A DNA stretch of 32,000 bases from Candidatus Nanoclepta minutus. Lineage in GTDB: Archaea > Nanobdellota > Nanobdellia > Nanobdellales > Nanobdellaceae. The position numbers and the translations under genes are program-made. The stretch spans positions 1 to 32,000 of the forward strand of contig MWMI01000005.1 of assembly GCA_003568775.1 (NCBI GenBank). Direction: 5' to 3'. Shown piece by piece: positions 9,413 through 17,899 of the stretch. Numbering within the stretch: the stretch's first letter is position 1; the number at the start of each line of letters is the position of its first letter. The notes beneath the pieces are model-generated. The model did not search any database and was not told where the DNA came from. It saw nothing but the letters and a program-made list of their open reading frames with translations.

Positions 9413-9844
9413 ATGGCATTGGGATTTCTAAAGAGATCTAAGAAAAAGGAGGATGAAGAGATGGACTTTTTAGAAGAGTTAGAGAGTACAAAGAAAGACT
9501 TGCTAGAACCAGAACTTCCGGAAATGAAAGTTCTAGAGAAAAAGATTGAACCGCTTCAACTGCAGCCATTGCCAGCTCCTAGCATAGAGCAACCAGTTCA
9601 ATTACCTAAAGCAGAAAATAAAGTTGAGGAAAAAGAATCTCCAGAAATATACGTAAAGTTAGATAATTATAAGAAGGTATTAGATCTCTTGGATAAGCTA
9701 AAGGTAAAATTAAAGGAAATTGAAAGCTTAGTTGGAGAATTGAGAAGTGTAAAAGAGAGTGAGGTATCGAAGCTAGAAGAGATAAAGGAGAGGTTAGAGA
9801 AGTCTAAAGAGGATATAGGGGAGGTATTAGAGAACTTGAAATAG
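9413..9844 (+). CDS. hypothetical coiled-coil protein (Glu/Lys/Pro-rich N-terminal half)
   Basis: 143 aa with an ATG start. Heptad-like K/E/L composition in the C-terminal half. No family was recognised. Confidence 0.5.
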   Translation: MALGFLKRSKKKEDEEMDFLEELESTKKDLLEPELPEMKVLEKKIEPLQLQPLPAPSIEQPVQLPKAENKVEEKESPEIYVKLDNYKKVLDLLDKLKVKLKEIESLVGELRSVKESEVSKLEEIKERLEKSKEDIGEVLENLK

Positions 9845-9877
9845 GCTTAAAAAAATTAGATATAGAGAAAAAACATA

Positions 9878-9948
9878 GCGCCGGTAGTCTAGTGGGAGGA
9901 TGCGGGCCTGCCTAGCCCGAGACCCGGGTTCGAATCCCGGCCGGCGCA
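9878..9948 (+). tRNA. tRNA-Gly (GCC)
   Basis: Hand-folded cloverleaf. Acceptor GCGCCGG/CCGGCGC. Anticodon stem CGGGC/GCCCG with loop CTGCCTA (anticodon GCC). T arm CCGGG-TTCGAAT-CCCGG. Discriminator A. No encoded CCA, 71 nt. Confidence 0.9.
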
Positions 9949-9965
9949 GTTAAAAATCATGTAAA

Positions 9966-10346
9966 ATGGAGACCCTATACATAAAAATTCCAAAAGCATC
10001 GGAAGTTAAGAGGAAACTACTAGAGGTAAAGAAGAATATATACCTAAACCTGCATGATACTATTGAAGATCTTACTACTAAAGATAAGTATGATGAAAAG
10101 TTGAGCAAAATATTGACGAAGATAGGAGAGGCTTCCGAAATATTGGATAATATTAAATCGGTTATTCCTTCTAGAGAAGAAATAGAAAAGCTTGAAGAGG
10201 GTACAGAGAAGAAGAGAGCAAGATCTAAGAAAGAGGAAAAGAAGGTTGAGGAAGAGAAAAAAGACTATATAAAAGAAGAATTAGGTAAAATTGAGGAAGA
10301 ATTGAAGAGAATACAGGAAGAATTATTGAGGTTGGCTGGATATTAA
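9966..10346 (+). CDS. hypothetical coiled-coil protein (Lys/Glu-rich C-terminus)
   Basis: 126 aa with an ATG start. Charged heptad-like sequence. The 3' end overlaps convergently with the rnz 3' end by 24 nt. No family was recognised. Confidence 0.5.
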   Translation: METLYIKIPKASEVKRKLLEVKKNIYLNLHDTIEDLTTKDKYDEKLSKILTKIGEASEILDNIKSVIPSREEIEKLEEGTEKKRARSKKEEKKVEEEKKDYIKEELGKIEEELKRIQEELLRLAGY

Positions 10347-11315
10347 TTTTAAATCTCCAGTTTTTTCATCTCTTCTATATTCAACTATTTTTCCCCCAAT
10401 ATTGAGTTTTAAAGTATCCCTTGTATATTCTATTATACTTAGATCTTCTAGGAAGTATATATTTTTATTTTCAGATTCTATCTTTTCTCTTATCATCTCT
10501 ATCTCCTTATCGTATCTCTGGCTAAAATGCATTAAGAGCAATAACTTACTGTTACTTCTATCAAAAAGGTTCTTTACTTCGATAAAATCCAGATGGTAAT
10601 GTTCTTTAGCTAAGTGTGGATCATAAAAATAGTACGATTCTGAAATCAGAATATCTGAATCCTTTACAAAATCTATTAAATCTTCAAAAAACAGGGTATC
10701 GGTTATATAAGATACCTTTATACCTTTCTTTATATATCCTATATCTTTATATGATATTTTTTTACCATTAATTTCTACAGTTTTTCCTTCCTTAATCTTT
10801 TTTAATATTTTCTTATCACCAAAAACTCCCAATTCTTTTGCTATTTTTTCATCTATTTTTATATAATCTTTTTGCTTAAAATAGAGAGAGTAAGTTTCTA
10901 TGCTATGTTTTACTTTTTTAGCATAAATTTCAAATTCCTGATCATCTAAAACTTTTCCATCGTGCAGCTCTTTTATAGATATTTCAAAGTTGGGCTCTAT
11001 TCCAAAACCTTTCAAAATATATTCTAAATTCTTTTTATAACCTCTAGGTATAAAGATGTTCAATTTTTCTGAGTAGCCCATGTTTATTAAACTGAATAGT
11101 ATTCCCGGCAGACCTAGTATATGGTCTCCATGCCAGTGAGTTAGAAAGATGTACTTTATCTTTGATGGTTTTATCTTTAAGGATCTTATCTGTCTCTGAG
11201 TACCTTCCCCACAATCGAACATAATCCCTACTCCCTTATATTCTATGAAAACTGATGGATGGTTTCTCCTTTTATTTGGAAAAGTTCCCGATGTGCCTAA
11301 TATATATACCCTCAT
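10323..11315 (-). CDS. rnz: ribonuclease Z (metallo-beta-lactamase fold, tRNA 3' processing)
   Basis: 330 aa. MRVYILGTSGTFP..RNHPSVFIEY..MFDCGEGTQRQI..IFLTHWHGDHILGLPGILFS matches the RNase Z N-terminal consensus, including the HxHxDH motif. Confidence 0.85.
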   Translation of the reverse strand: MRVYILGTSGTFPNKRRNHPSVFIEYKGVGIMFDCGEGTQRQIRSLKIKPSKIKYIFLTHWHGDHILGLPGILFSLINMGYSEKLNIFIPRGYKKNLEYILKGFGIEPNFEISIKELHDGKVLDDQEFEIYAKKVKHSIETYSLYFKQKDYIKIDEKIAKELGVFGDKKILKKIKEGKTVEINGKKISYKDIGYIKKGIKVSYITDTLFFEDLIDFVKDSDILISESYYFYDPHLAKEHYHLDFIEVKNLFDRSNSKLLLLMHFSQRYDKEIEMIREKIESENKNIYFLEDLSIIEYTRDTLKLNIGGKIVEYRRDEKTGDLKLISSQPQ

Positions 11316-12421
11316 TATACCTTCCAGTTGAACCTTGGAAAGCCTTCAAATATTATATAATACAATAAAATATATATGATTATGAAAGCTTCTAATAAAG
11401 AGTATATCCCTACAAATCCAATTACATAATGGATTCCTACAATCTTTTTCTTTATTAACAGAGAAATAAATATTACAATACTAAAAGATAAGACAAATAA
11501 AAGAAAATAATACAGGTATACTAAGATTTTATATACTAAGAATGGGGAAAAGACGAATATATAAAAGATCGAAAGGTTCTCAACTATTCCTACATATATT
11601 GCCTTACTGAGGGAGTAAAAAAACATATAAGGTACATACAAGGTAAATAAGAAGAAAACTATCCAAGGGTTTAAAGCTATTACGAATGGCAATTCTAATG
11701 GCCTATTAAGGAAATAACTAATAAGTACTCTCAAATGGTATAAAAATACTTCTAAGCCTCCAGATATCCACCTCTTCCTCTGATCAATCCATCTTCGAAA
11801 AGATTCTAAAGGAGCAGTCTCTACTACTATATTCTTCGACAGGCATGTAAGATATCCTCTTTTATATGCTCTTATTGCAAAATCTACATCTTCAACTATA
11901 ACTCTAGCATATCCACCCAAATCTTGCCAAACTTTTTTCTTTACAGCAAAACCGGCTCCATTTAGAAAGATATTCCCACTTTTTGAAAAGAGTGGTACTA
12001 TAAGTTCCATATAGATCACCCACTCTAAAGCATATAGTTTGTTCCAAAAACTGGTGGGCTTCACATATTTATAAAACTCTACGATATCCGATTTTTCTAA
12101 ATCCTCCAAAACTTTTTTTAAATTTATATTAACTATCCTTGCATCACTATCTATAAAGATGAGAATATCTCCAGATGAATAACTAGCCGCTATATTTGTT
12201 GCAGCAACCTTTCCCCTCCTTTCAGATGAAATTAACAGCTTTACATTTTTTAAATGTTTTATTTCTTTTAGTTTTTCTAAGAATTCTTCAGTAGGACAGT
12301 CCACAGCGATTATTATTTCTTTTAGTTCTGAAGGATACGGATCAGAAAGTATCTTTGATATATTCTCAAGAACATAAGGACTTTCTTTATATATCGGGAA
12401 TATAAATGAAACCTTCTTCAT
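11315..12421 (-). CDS. family 2 glycosyltransferase with QxxRW motif and C-terminal TM bundle
   Basis: 368 aa. GT2 signatures are present: IIIAVDCP, FIDSDA (DxD) and QRKRW. Several C-terminal hydrophobic helices follow. Its stop shares 1 nt with the rnz start (TAATG). Confidence 0.8.
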   Translation of the reverse strand: MKKVSFIFPIYKESPYVLENISKILSDPYPSELKEIIIAVDCPTEEFLEKLKEIKHLKNVKLLISSERRGKVAATNIAASYSSGDILIFIDSDARIVNINLKKVLEDLEKSDIVEFYKYVKPTSFWNKLYALEWVIYMELIVPLFSKSGNIFLNGAGFAVKKKVWQDLGGYARVIVEDVDFAIRAYKRGYLTCLSKNIVVETAPLESFRRWIDQRKRWISGGLEVFLYHLRVLISYFLNRPLELPFVIALNPWIVFFLFTLYVPYMFFYSLSKAIYVGIVENLSIFYIFVFSPFLVYKILVYLYYFLLFVLSFSIVIFISLLIKKKIVGIHYVIGFVGIYSLLEAFIIIYILLYYIIFEGFPRFNWKV

Positions 12422-12450
12422 AAAATTACTTATACTTTAGAAACATTTAG

Positions 12451-12514
12451 AAAGTATGTGATGAAGGTCAGAGTTAGCTGATGGGTGATGTAGTTCAGGT
12501 ACCGGCTGATCTTT
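12451..12514 (+). ncRNA. candidate dual-guide box C/D sRNA
   Basis: This is a relatively GC-rich island in an AT-rich spacer. Boxes: C box GTGATGA (12458-12464), D' CTGA (12478-12481), C' GTGATGT (12485-12491), D CTGA (12506-12509). Flanks AAAG (12451-12454) and CTTT (12511-14) could form a short terminal stem. Caveat: the guide spacers are 13 and 14 nt rather than the canonical 12. Confidence 0.5.
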
Positions 12515-15070
12515 CTACATAAAGATTACTATCTTAATTATCATTAGCAAGAAAGCAAATAGCGAAACTATTACAAAATCAAAGAAAATTGGGTATTTAC
12601 CTCCAACATACTTTAGTAAATATGGATTTAGGAAGGAGGATACTAATAGAATTGATAAAAATATTGAAATAAGGATATTCTTACTTTTAAAGAGTTCAAT
12701 GTTGTATTTAAATTTGTAGTACCACATTAATATAGGTCTTGATAATACGAAGAAGAGCATTATAGAATAAACGTTTCCTACTGTAGCAAATGCAATTGAT
12801 GTTGATAAAATACCTATAAATAAGCTATTCCTTATTATTCCTAGAATAGTTCTATTGTTGATCATCCTTTTCTCGGGTTTTCTCTTTAGATATCTCTCAT
12901 CCATCTCGGCATTTACGATAGATATAGAATAAATCGTTTCTACAGCCATGTTAAGGGCTAATATAGTAATTACGTTCAGGAATATCTGGGAGAAGAAGAA
13001 AAAAGTTATTAAGATGTGAGTAAATATGCCCAAGAGAATCGATAACAAAATTATTAGATAAACCTTTAAAGAATAATATATCTTTCTCCCTTCCTTTATG
13101 GCTTCTATTACTGAAGAAAAACTATTTCTTAGAAGTATAGCGCTTGAAGATTCCTTTGCTATATCTGCTGCGTCTTCTAGAGATATCCCAATATCCGCAA
13201 CTTTTAAAGATAAGGAATCGTTTATTCCATCTCCTATGAATGCTACATAGTATCCATTGTTTTTAAACAACTTAACCAACCTAAACTTATCATCTGGATC
13301 GGCTCTAGCAATAATTTTTGTATCTTTTAAAATATTCAATAATTCTTTATCACTCATTTTCTTGAGATCTTCTCCCAAAATAAATTTCTCCCCCAATCCA
13401 ACTTTCCTTCCAACAAAAACAGCAGTTAAAGGATGATCGCCAGTTACTATATATACATCTATGCCAGCTTCTTTTGCGAATTTAATAGCATCAATTGCAT
13501 CCTCTCTTACGGGGTCTTCTATACCGACTATCCCTAAAAATACTATATCCTTTTCTATCTCTTCATCTAAAGACTTTAATTCTTTATATCCAAAGGCTAG
13601 AGTCCTAAAACCTTCTTTTGCAAATTCTTCAAAAACCTCTCTTATTTTATTTTTATACTTTTCTATATCAACTTTCCTACCGTTTAAGTATACGAACTTA
13701 CTTATCTCTAGAACTTTTTCTGGAGCCCCCTTTACGAATGCTATATATCTATTATCTTTTTTTATAACTATAGACATCCTTTTTCTAATAGAATCAAATT
13801 CTAGTAATCTTATTTTTTCATAATAAGTTTCTTTTCCTGCCTTTCTTGCTAAAAATATTAAGGCTGCTTCTAAGGGATCTCCAATTATCTTTATCTCATT
13901 ATTTTCTTCTATAATATTAGTTTCAACGGAGTTTGTCAATGCCTCTAGAAATATTTCTAGTTCTTTATTATCAACCCTTTTATCGTTAAGAAGTATTTCT
14001 CCTTTTTCACTATATCCTATACCTGTTACATTATAGATTTTATTGTTAAACCAAAACTTCCTTACAGTGTGTTTGTTATAAGTTAAAGTTCCAGTTTTAT
14101 CCGTTAGAATTACATCAACGGATCCTAACGTTTCAACAAGGCTTTGTTTCTTTACCAATAAGCCCTTATTCTTCAGCCTATCCAGGGCAAAAGTATAGAT
14201 TATTGTTAGAGCCGTTGGTAAACCCTCTGGAATTACAACAACTCCAACTGCAATTGAAAAAATAATAGCATTTATCAATGAAAAGTATCCAGTTAATAAT
14301 GTTATTGAAAAAGTTATTATTATTAAAACTGCAACTATAATTGAAATATATCTAGAAAACCTATCTATTTCCTCTTCCAATATGGTTTTGCTTTCCTTTT
14401 CTTTATATATCTTTGAGTAAAGGGAACCGATGTATGTATTGTTTCCAGTTTCTATAACAACGCCTTTTACCTTTCCCTTAACGATATAAGTACCAGAATA
14501 TAGCATGTTCCTTCTTTCATAGATACTTGTATCCTCAGGTAAAGCTTCTGGTGATTTTTCAACTGGTAAAGATTCTCCGGTTAATATACTTTCATCTACT
14601 AACAGATCTATGCATTCTATTATTCTAATATCCGCAGGTACCCTATCCCCAGCTTTTAATACTATTATATCACCAGGAACTAAATACTTAGAATCAATCA
14701 AAATTTCTTTACCATTCCTTATCACCAAAACTTCCTGTTTTAATAGCCTTTTTAGTTTCTTAATTATGTTTTCAGCCTGATAAGTATTTAAGACATCAAA
14801 TAGAAAATAAACAAATATCATAAATAGAATAAAAAATCCCTCGAAAATAGATCCAGTTAATAGTGATAGGAAAAAGGCTAGAAAGAATAACCAAAAGAAT
14901 GCGCTTTTTAATTTCTCCTTTAATGTTTTTAAAATTAAGTTTTCCTTTTTTATCCTTATCTCATTATAACCGTATACCTTTAATCTTTTATTAACTTCCT
15001 CCTCCGTTAAACCGTTTAAAGATGTATTTAATCTGTTTAATACTTCATTAACATCCAAACTATGCCACAT
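12515..15070 (-). CDS. cation-transporting P-type ATPase (type II, Ca2+-ATPase-like)
   Basis: 851 aa. Motifs present: TGES (ILTGESLPVEK), PEGLP in the M4 helix, the phosphorylation site DKTGTLT, TGDHPLTA, and GDGINDSLSLKVADIGIS. Confidence 0.9.
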   Translation of the reverse strand: MWHSLDVNEVLNRLNTSLNGLTEEEVNKRLKVYGYNEIRIKKENLILKTLKEKLKSAFFWLFFLAFFLSLLTGSIFEGFFILFMIFVYFLFDVLNTYQAENIIKKLKRLLKQEVLVIRNGKEILIDSKYLVPGDIIVLKAGDRVPADIRIIECIDLLVDESILTGESLPVEKSPEALPEDTSIYERRNMLYSGTYIVKGKVKGVVIETGNNTYIGSLYSKIYKEKESKTILEEEIDRFSRYISIIVAVLIIITFSITLLTGYFSLINAIIFSIAVGVVVIPEGLPTALTIIYTFALDRLKNKGLLVKKQSLVETLGSVDVILTDKTGTLTYNKHTVRKFWFNNKIYNVTGIGYSEKGEILLNDKRVDNKELEIFLEALTNSVETNIIEENNEIKIIGDPLEAALIFLARKAGKETYYEKIRLLEFDSIRKRMSIVIKKDNRYIAFVKGAPEKVLEISKFVYLNGRKVDIEKYKNKIREVFEEFAKEGFRTLAFGYKELKSLDEEIEKDIVFLGIVGIEDPVREDAIDAIKFAKEAGIDVYIVTGDHPLTAVFVGRKVGLGEKFILGEDLKKMSDKELLNILKDTKIIARADPDDKFRLVKLFKNNGYYVAFIGDGINDSLSLKVADIGISLEDAADIAKESSSAILLRNSFSSVIEAIKEGRKIYYSLKVYLIILLSILLGIFTHILITFFFFSQIFLNVITILALNMAVETIYSISIVNAEMDERYLKRKPEKRMINNRTILGIIRNSLFIGILSTSIAFATVGNVYSIMLFFVLSRPILMWYYKFKYNIELFKSKNILISIFLSILLVSSFLNPYLLKYVGGKYPIFFDFVIVSLFAFLLMIIKIVIFM

Positions 15071-15126
15071 TATATAAAAATTAGTATAACAAAATTTAAG
15101 ATAAGCAAAGTATATTCTTTGAAAAA

Positions 15127-15795
15127 ATGCTATTGATTAACTTAAAAGCTTATAAAAGGACTATTGGAAGGGGGGCAATAGAAGTTTTGGAAGCTGCTGA
15201 AAGGGTTTCTGAAGAGACAGGTATAGAGATAGGAATAGCTCCGCAACCTACTGATATATATTTATTATCTAAAAATGCAAAGAGAGTAAAGATATTTGCA
15301 CAGCATATAGATCCCGTTAGAAATGAGGCTAGTACAGGACACATATTACCAGAGGCTGTAAAAGAAGCTGGTGCCGTTGGAACCTTATTAAACCATTCAG
15401 AAAGACCTATGACCTTAATAGAAATTGGAGAAGCTATAGAAATTGCTAAAAAAATTGGTTTAATAACCGTTGTTTGCGTGAACAATGATAAACTAGCAAA
15501 GGTTATTGCATGTTTATCTCCAGATTATATTGCTGTAGAACCCCCCGAATTAATAGGAACTGGTATATCTGTTTCAAAGGCTAAACCTGAAATAGTAAAG
15601 AATTCCGTTAAAAGCGTAAAAAGCGTTAATGAAAAAGTAAAGGTACTAGTTGGGGCTGGAATATCTAATAAGGAAGATGTTAAGAAAGCTTTGGAATTGG
15701 GAGCTGATGGAGTTTTGTTAGCATCCGCAGTAACAAAGGCTAATAATTTCTATGAAAAAATAAGGGAATTAGCTGAAGGATTTTTCTATAAATAA
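15127..15795 (+). CDS. tpiA: triosephosphate isomerase (short archaeal type)
   Basis: 222 aa. LINLKAY.., ..LLNHSERPM.. and ..IAVEPPELIGTG.. match the archaeal TIM pattern and length. Confidence 0.9.
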   Translation: MLLINLKAYKRTIGRGAIEVLEAAERVSEETGIEIGIAPQPTDIYLLSKNAKRVKIFAQHIDPVRNEASTGHILPEAVKEAGAVGTLLNHSERPMTLIEIGEAIEIAKKIGLITVVCVNNDKLAKVIACLSPDYIAVEPPELIGTGISVSKAKPEIVKNSVKSVKSVNEKVKVLVGAGISNKEDVKKALELGADGVLLASAVTKANNFYEKIRELAEGFFYK

Positions 15796-15820
15796 ATGAT
15801 TGAATTGCTAATAAAAACAT

Positions 15821-17899
15821 TTAACTATATAATCCAGGAATATAATATCCTATTTCTTCATTTCCCAAGATTACGTATATCCCATAAAGGTTATAATTTA
15901 GTACTTGGACTGGAGTGTATCTATTCGTTGTAGTATTGTCCCCCAATTGACCATAACTATTCCATCCCCAGCACCAGACGGTTCCATCTGATTTTAGAGC
16001 ACAGGAATGAACATATCCTAAAGCTATTTGAGTTACATTTGTTAATCCTCTTACTCGAAGTGGGACATATCCGATAGCTATTATGTCATTTCCTAATTGG
16101 CCATGCTCATTATTTCCCCAGCACCAAACTGTGCCGTCGGATCTTAATGCACAGGAATGAGCATTTCCTAAAGCTATTTGAGTTACATTTATTAATGTTG
16201 ATAATATGTTTGCTAATCCTCTTACTTGGACTGGAGTGTATCTATTAGTTGTAGTACCGTCTCCTAATTGACCATAACTATTCCATCCCCAACACCAGAC
16301 GGTTCCATCTGATTTTAGAGCACAGGAATGAGCAGCTCCTAAAGCTATTTGAGTTACATTTGTTAATCCTCCTACTTGGACTGGAGTGTATCTATTAGTT
16401 GTAGTACCGTCTCCTAATTGACCATAACTATTCCATCCCCAGCACCAAACTGTGCCGTCGGATCTTAATGCACAGGAATGAGCTTCTCCTAAAGCTATTT
16501 GGACTACATTTGTTAAGTTTACTACTCTAACTGGAGTGTATCTATTCGTTGTAGTACCGTCTCCTAATTGACCATACCAATTACCTCCCCAGCACCAGAC
16601 GGTTCCATCTGATTTTAGAGCACAGGAATGAGCTTCTCCTAAAGCTATTTGGACTACATTTGTTAATCCTCTTACTTGGACTGGAGTGTATCTATTCGTT
16701 GTAGTATTGTCCCCCAATTGACCATCACTATTCCATCCCCAGCACCAAACTGTGCCGTCGGATCTTAATGCACAGGAATGAGAAGCTCCTAAAGCTATTT
16801 GAGTTACATTTGTTAATCCTCTTACTTGGACTGGAGTGTATCTATTAGTTGTAGTACCGTCTCCTAATTGACCATACCAATTACCTCCCCAGCACCAGAC
16901 GGTTCCATCTGATTTTAGAGCACAGGAATGAGAAGCTCCTCCTATTGATTGCACCCATGAAGAAAGATTTGTCCAAATTGGAAGAGATTCACTTTCAGAA
17001 GTTGCATTTTGATTTCCATAATACATATAAATAGTTACATTTTCTTTTGCTGGAATATATGGAACTTTTACCCATATCCTTGTGTTTGTAGTATTACATC
17101 CACTTTCAATCCAATAAGGAATTTTATATTCCTGATTATTCGAAGTATTCAAATAAGTAAACCTGATATCTCCACAATCTAACCTCATCTTTCCCGCTGA
17201 AATTAAGGAAACTGTGTCTATTGTTATTAATACACGATAGTCTGTTAAATTACTTCCAGAGTTTTCCTTTATTGTTATAGGAACCCTATATAAATATTTA
17301 TTTGAAGCATTATAAGCCCATGTAGCTTTGATAATCTCTGCTGTTTTAGAGGGATTTATGTTTTTAAGTTTTGTTAAAATCTGAGCACCTTTTTGTGGAG
17401 TTATATTTGAAGATCCTAATATAGTTGCAGCGGTACTGCTATTCGCAAAAGATAATGCCATAGCTAAAAAATCGAGCGTTCCTACAGAATTAATAAGTGA
17501 AATATAATCATCAACCGTTACATATCCCTTATTTATCAAATCATCAATTAAAAATAGAGATAGATAGTTTAAATCCTTATCCTTAATAGCCTGAGGAATT
17601 GTTTTTCCACCACTAACATTACTCCAAGAAGAAATACAATCCCCCTTTATACAAAAACCTCCTGAAACATTTACATACTGAGAAACTGTTAAATTGGATA
17701 TATTTGTAAAACTAACACCACCCCAATTAATTATACTTCCCGAAGGTATCCAGATTTCAGAAATAGGATGATATTGTCCATTCGGATTTCCTCCTACAAT
17801 AGGACCTATAACATTTTGAGAACCTTGGGCATATATTAGAATAAGTGTTGTTATAGTTACACTTATAATATATAAAAGATAGTCCCTTTTAAACTTCAT
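15821..17899 (-). CDS. secreted DUF2341-like + seven-repeat RCC1 (beta-propeller) surface protein
   Basis: 692 aa with an N-terminal signal/anchor (YLLYIISVTITTLILIYAQG). The mid region (YRVPITIKENSG..DIRFTY..IPYWIES..TRIWVKVPYIP..VTIYMYYGN) looks like DUF2341. Seven copies of HSCAL(K/R)SDGTVWCWGxNxxGQLGDxTTTNRYTPVQV follow, which is the RCC1/ATS1 repeat signature. N-x-S/T sequons are dense. Confidence 0.8.
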   Translation of the reverse strand: MKFKRDYLLYIISVTITTLILIYAQGSQNVIGPIVGGNPNGQYHPISEIWIPSGSIINWGGVSFTNISNLTVSQYVNVSGGFCIKGDCISSWSNVSGGKTIPQAIKDKDLNYLSLFLIDDLINKGYVTVDDYISLINSVGTLDFLAMALSFANSSTAATILGSSNITPQKGAQILTKLKNINPSKTAEIIKATWAYNASNKYLYRVPITIKENSGSNLTDYRVLITIDTVSLISAGKMRLDCGDIRFTYLNTSNNQEYKIPYWIESGCNTTNTRIWVKVPYIPAKENVTIYMYYGNQNATSESESLPIWTNLSSWVQSIGGASHSCALKSDGTVWCWGGNWYGQLGDGTTTNRYTPVQVRGLTNVTQIALGASHSCALRSDGTVWCWGWNSDGQLGDNTTTNRYTPVQVRGLTNVVQIALGEAHSCALKSDGTVWCWGGNWYGQLGDGTTTNRYTPVRVVNLTNVVQIALGEAHSCALRSDGTVWCWGWNSYGQLGDGTTTNRYTPVQVGGLTNVTQIALGAAHSCALKSDGTVWCWGWNSYGQLGDGTTTNRYTPVQVRGLANILSTLINVTQIALGNAHSCALRSDGTVWCWGNNEHGQLGNDIIAIGYVPLRVRGLTNVTQIALGYVHSCALKSDGTVWCWGWNSYGQLGDNTTTNRYTPVQVLNYNLYGIYVILGNEEIGYYIPGLYS
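15870..16960 (-). repeat. intragenic tandem repeats (150-bp RCC1 blade units in an alternating A/B pattern)
   Basis: The marker cacaggaatg recurs at 16000, 16150, 16321, 16471, 16621, 16771 and 16921. The period is 150 bp, with one 171-bp unit carrying a 21-nt insertion. Two sequence subtypes alternate, giving a 300-bp super-period. Confidence 0.9.

Noticed and set aside
9845-9965. tRNA-Gly as an integration site for a mobile element
   Set aside because: No duplicated tRNA 3' segment (att-like direct repeat), integrase, or compositional shift was found in the window.
12455-12512. The GC-richer patch as a split-tRNA half (as in Nanoarchaeum), because gggtgatgtagttcagg vaguely resembles an acceptor plus D arm
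   Set aside because: No complementary D-stem or anticodon arm could be folded. The C/D'/C'/D box order with a symmetric 27-nt half-structure explains the sequence better.
13461-13823. 120-aa ORF antisense to the P-type ATPase gene
   Set aside because: It lies entirely inside a well-supported 851-aa CDS on the other strand. Its low-complexity Ser/Phe/Ile composition is typical of antisense frames in AT-rich DNA.
15150-15485. 111-aa ORF antisense to tpiA
   Set aside because: It is embedded in a confidently identified TIM gene and has no start context or family resemblance.
15870-16960. A regularly spaced repeat array that could superficially look like CRISPR
   Set aside because: The units are 150 bp with no unique spacers. 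They lie in one continuous reading frame and encode RCC1 blades.
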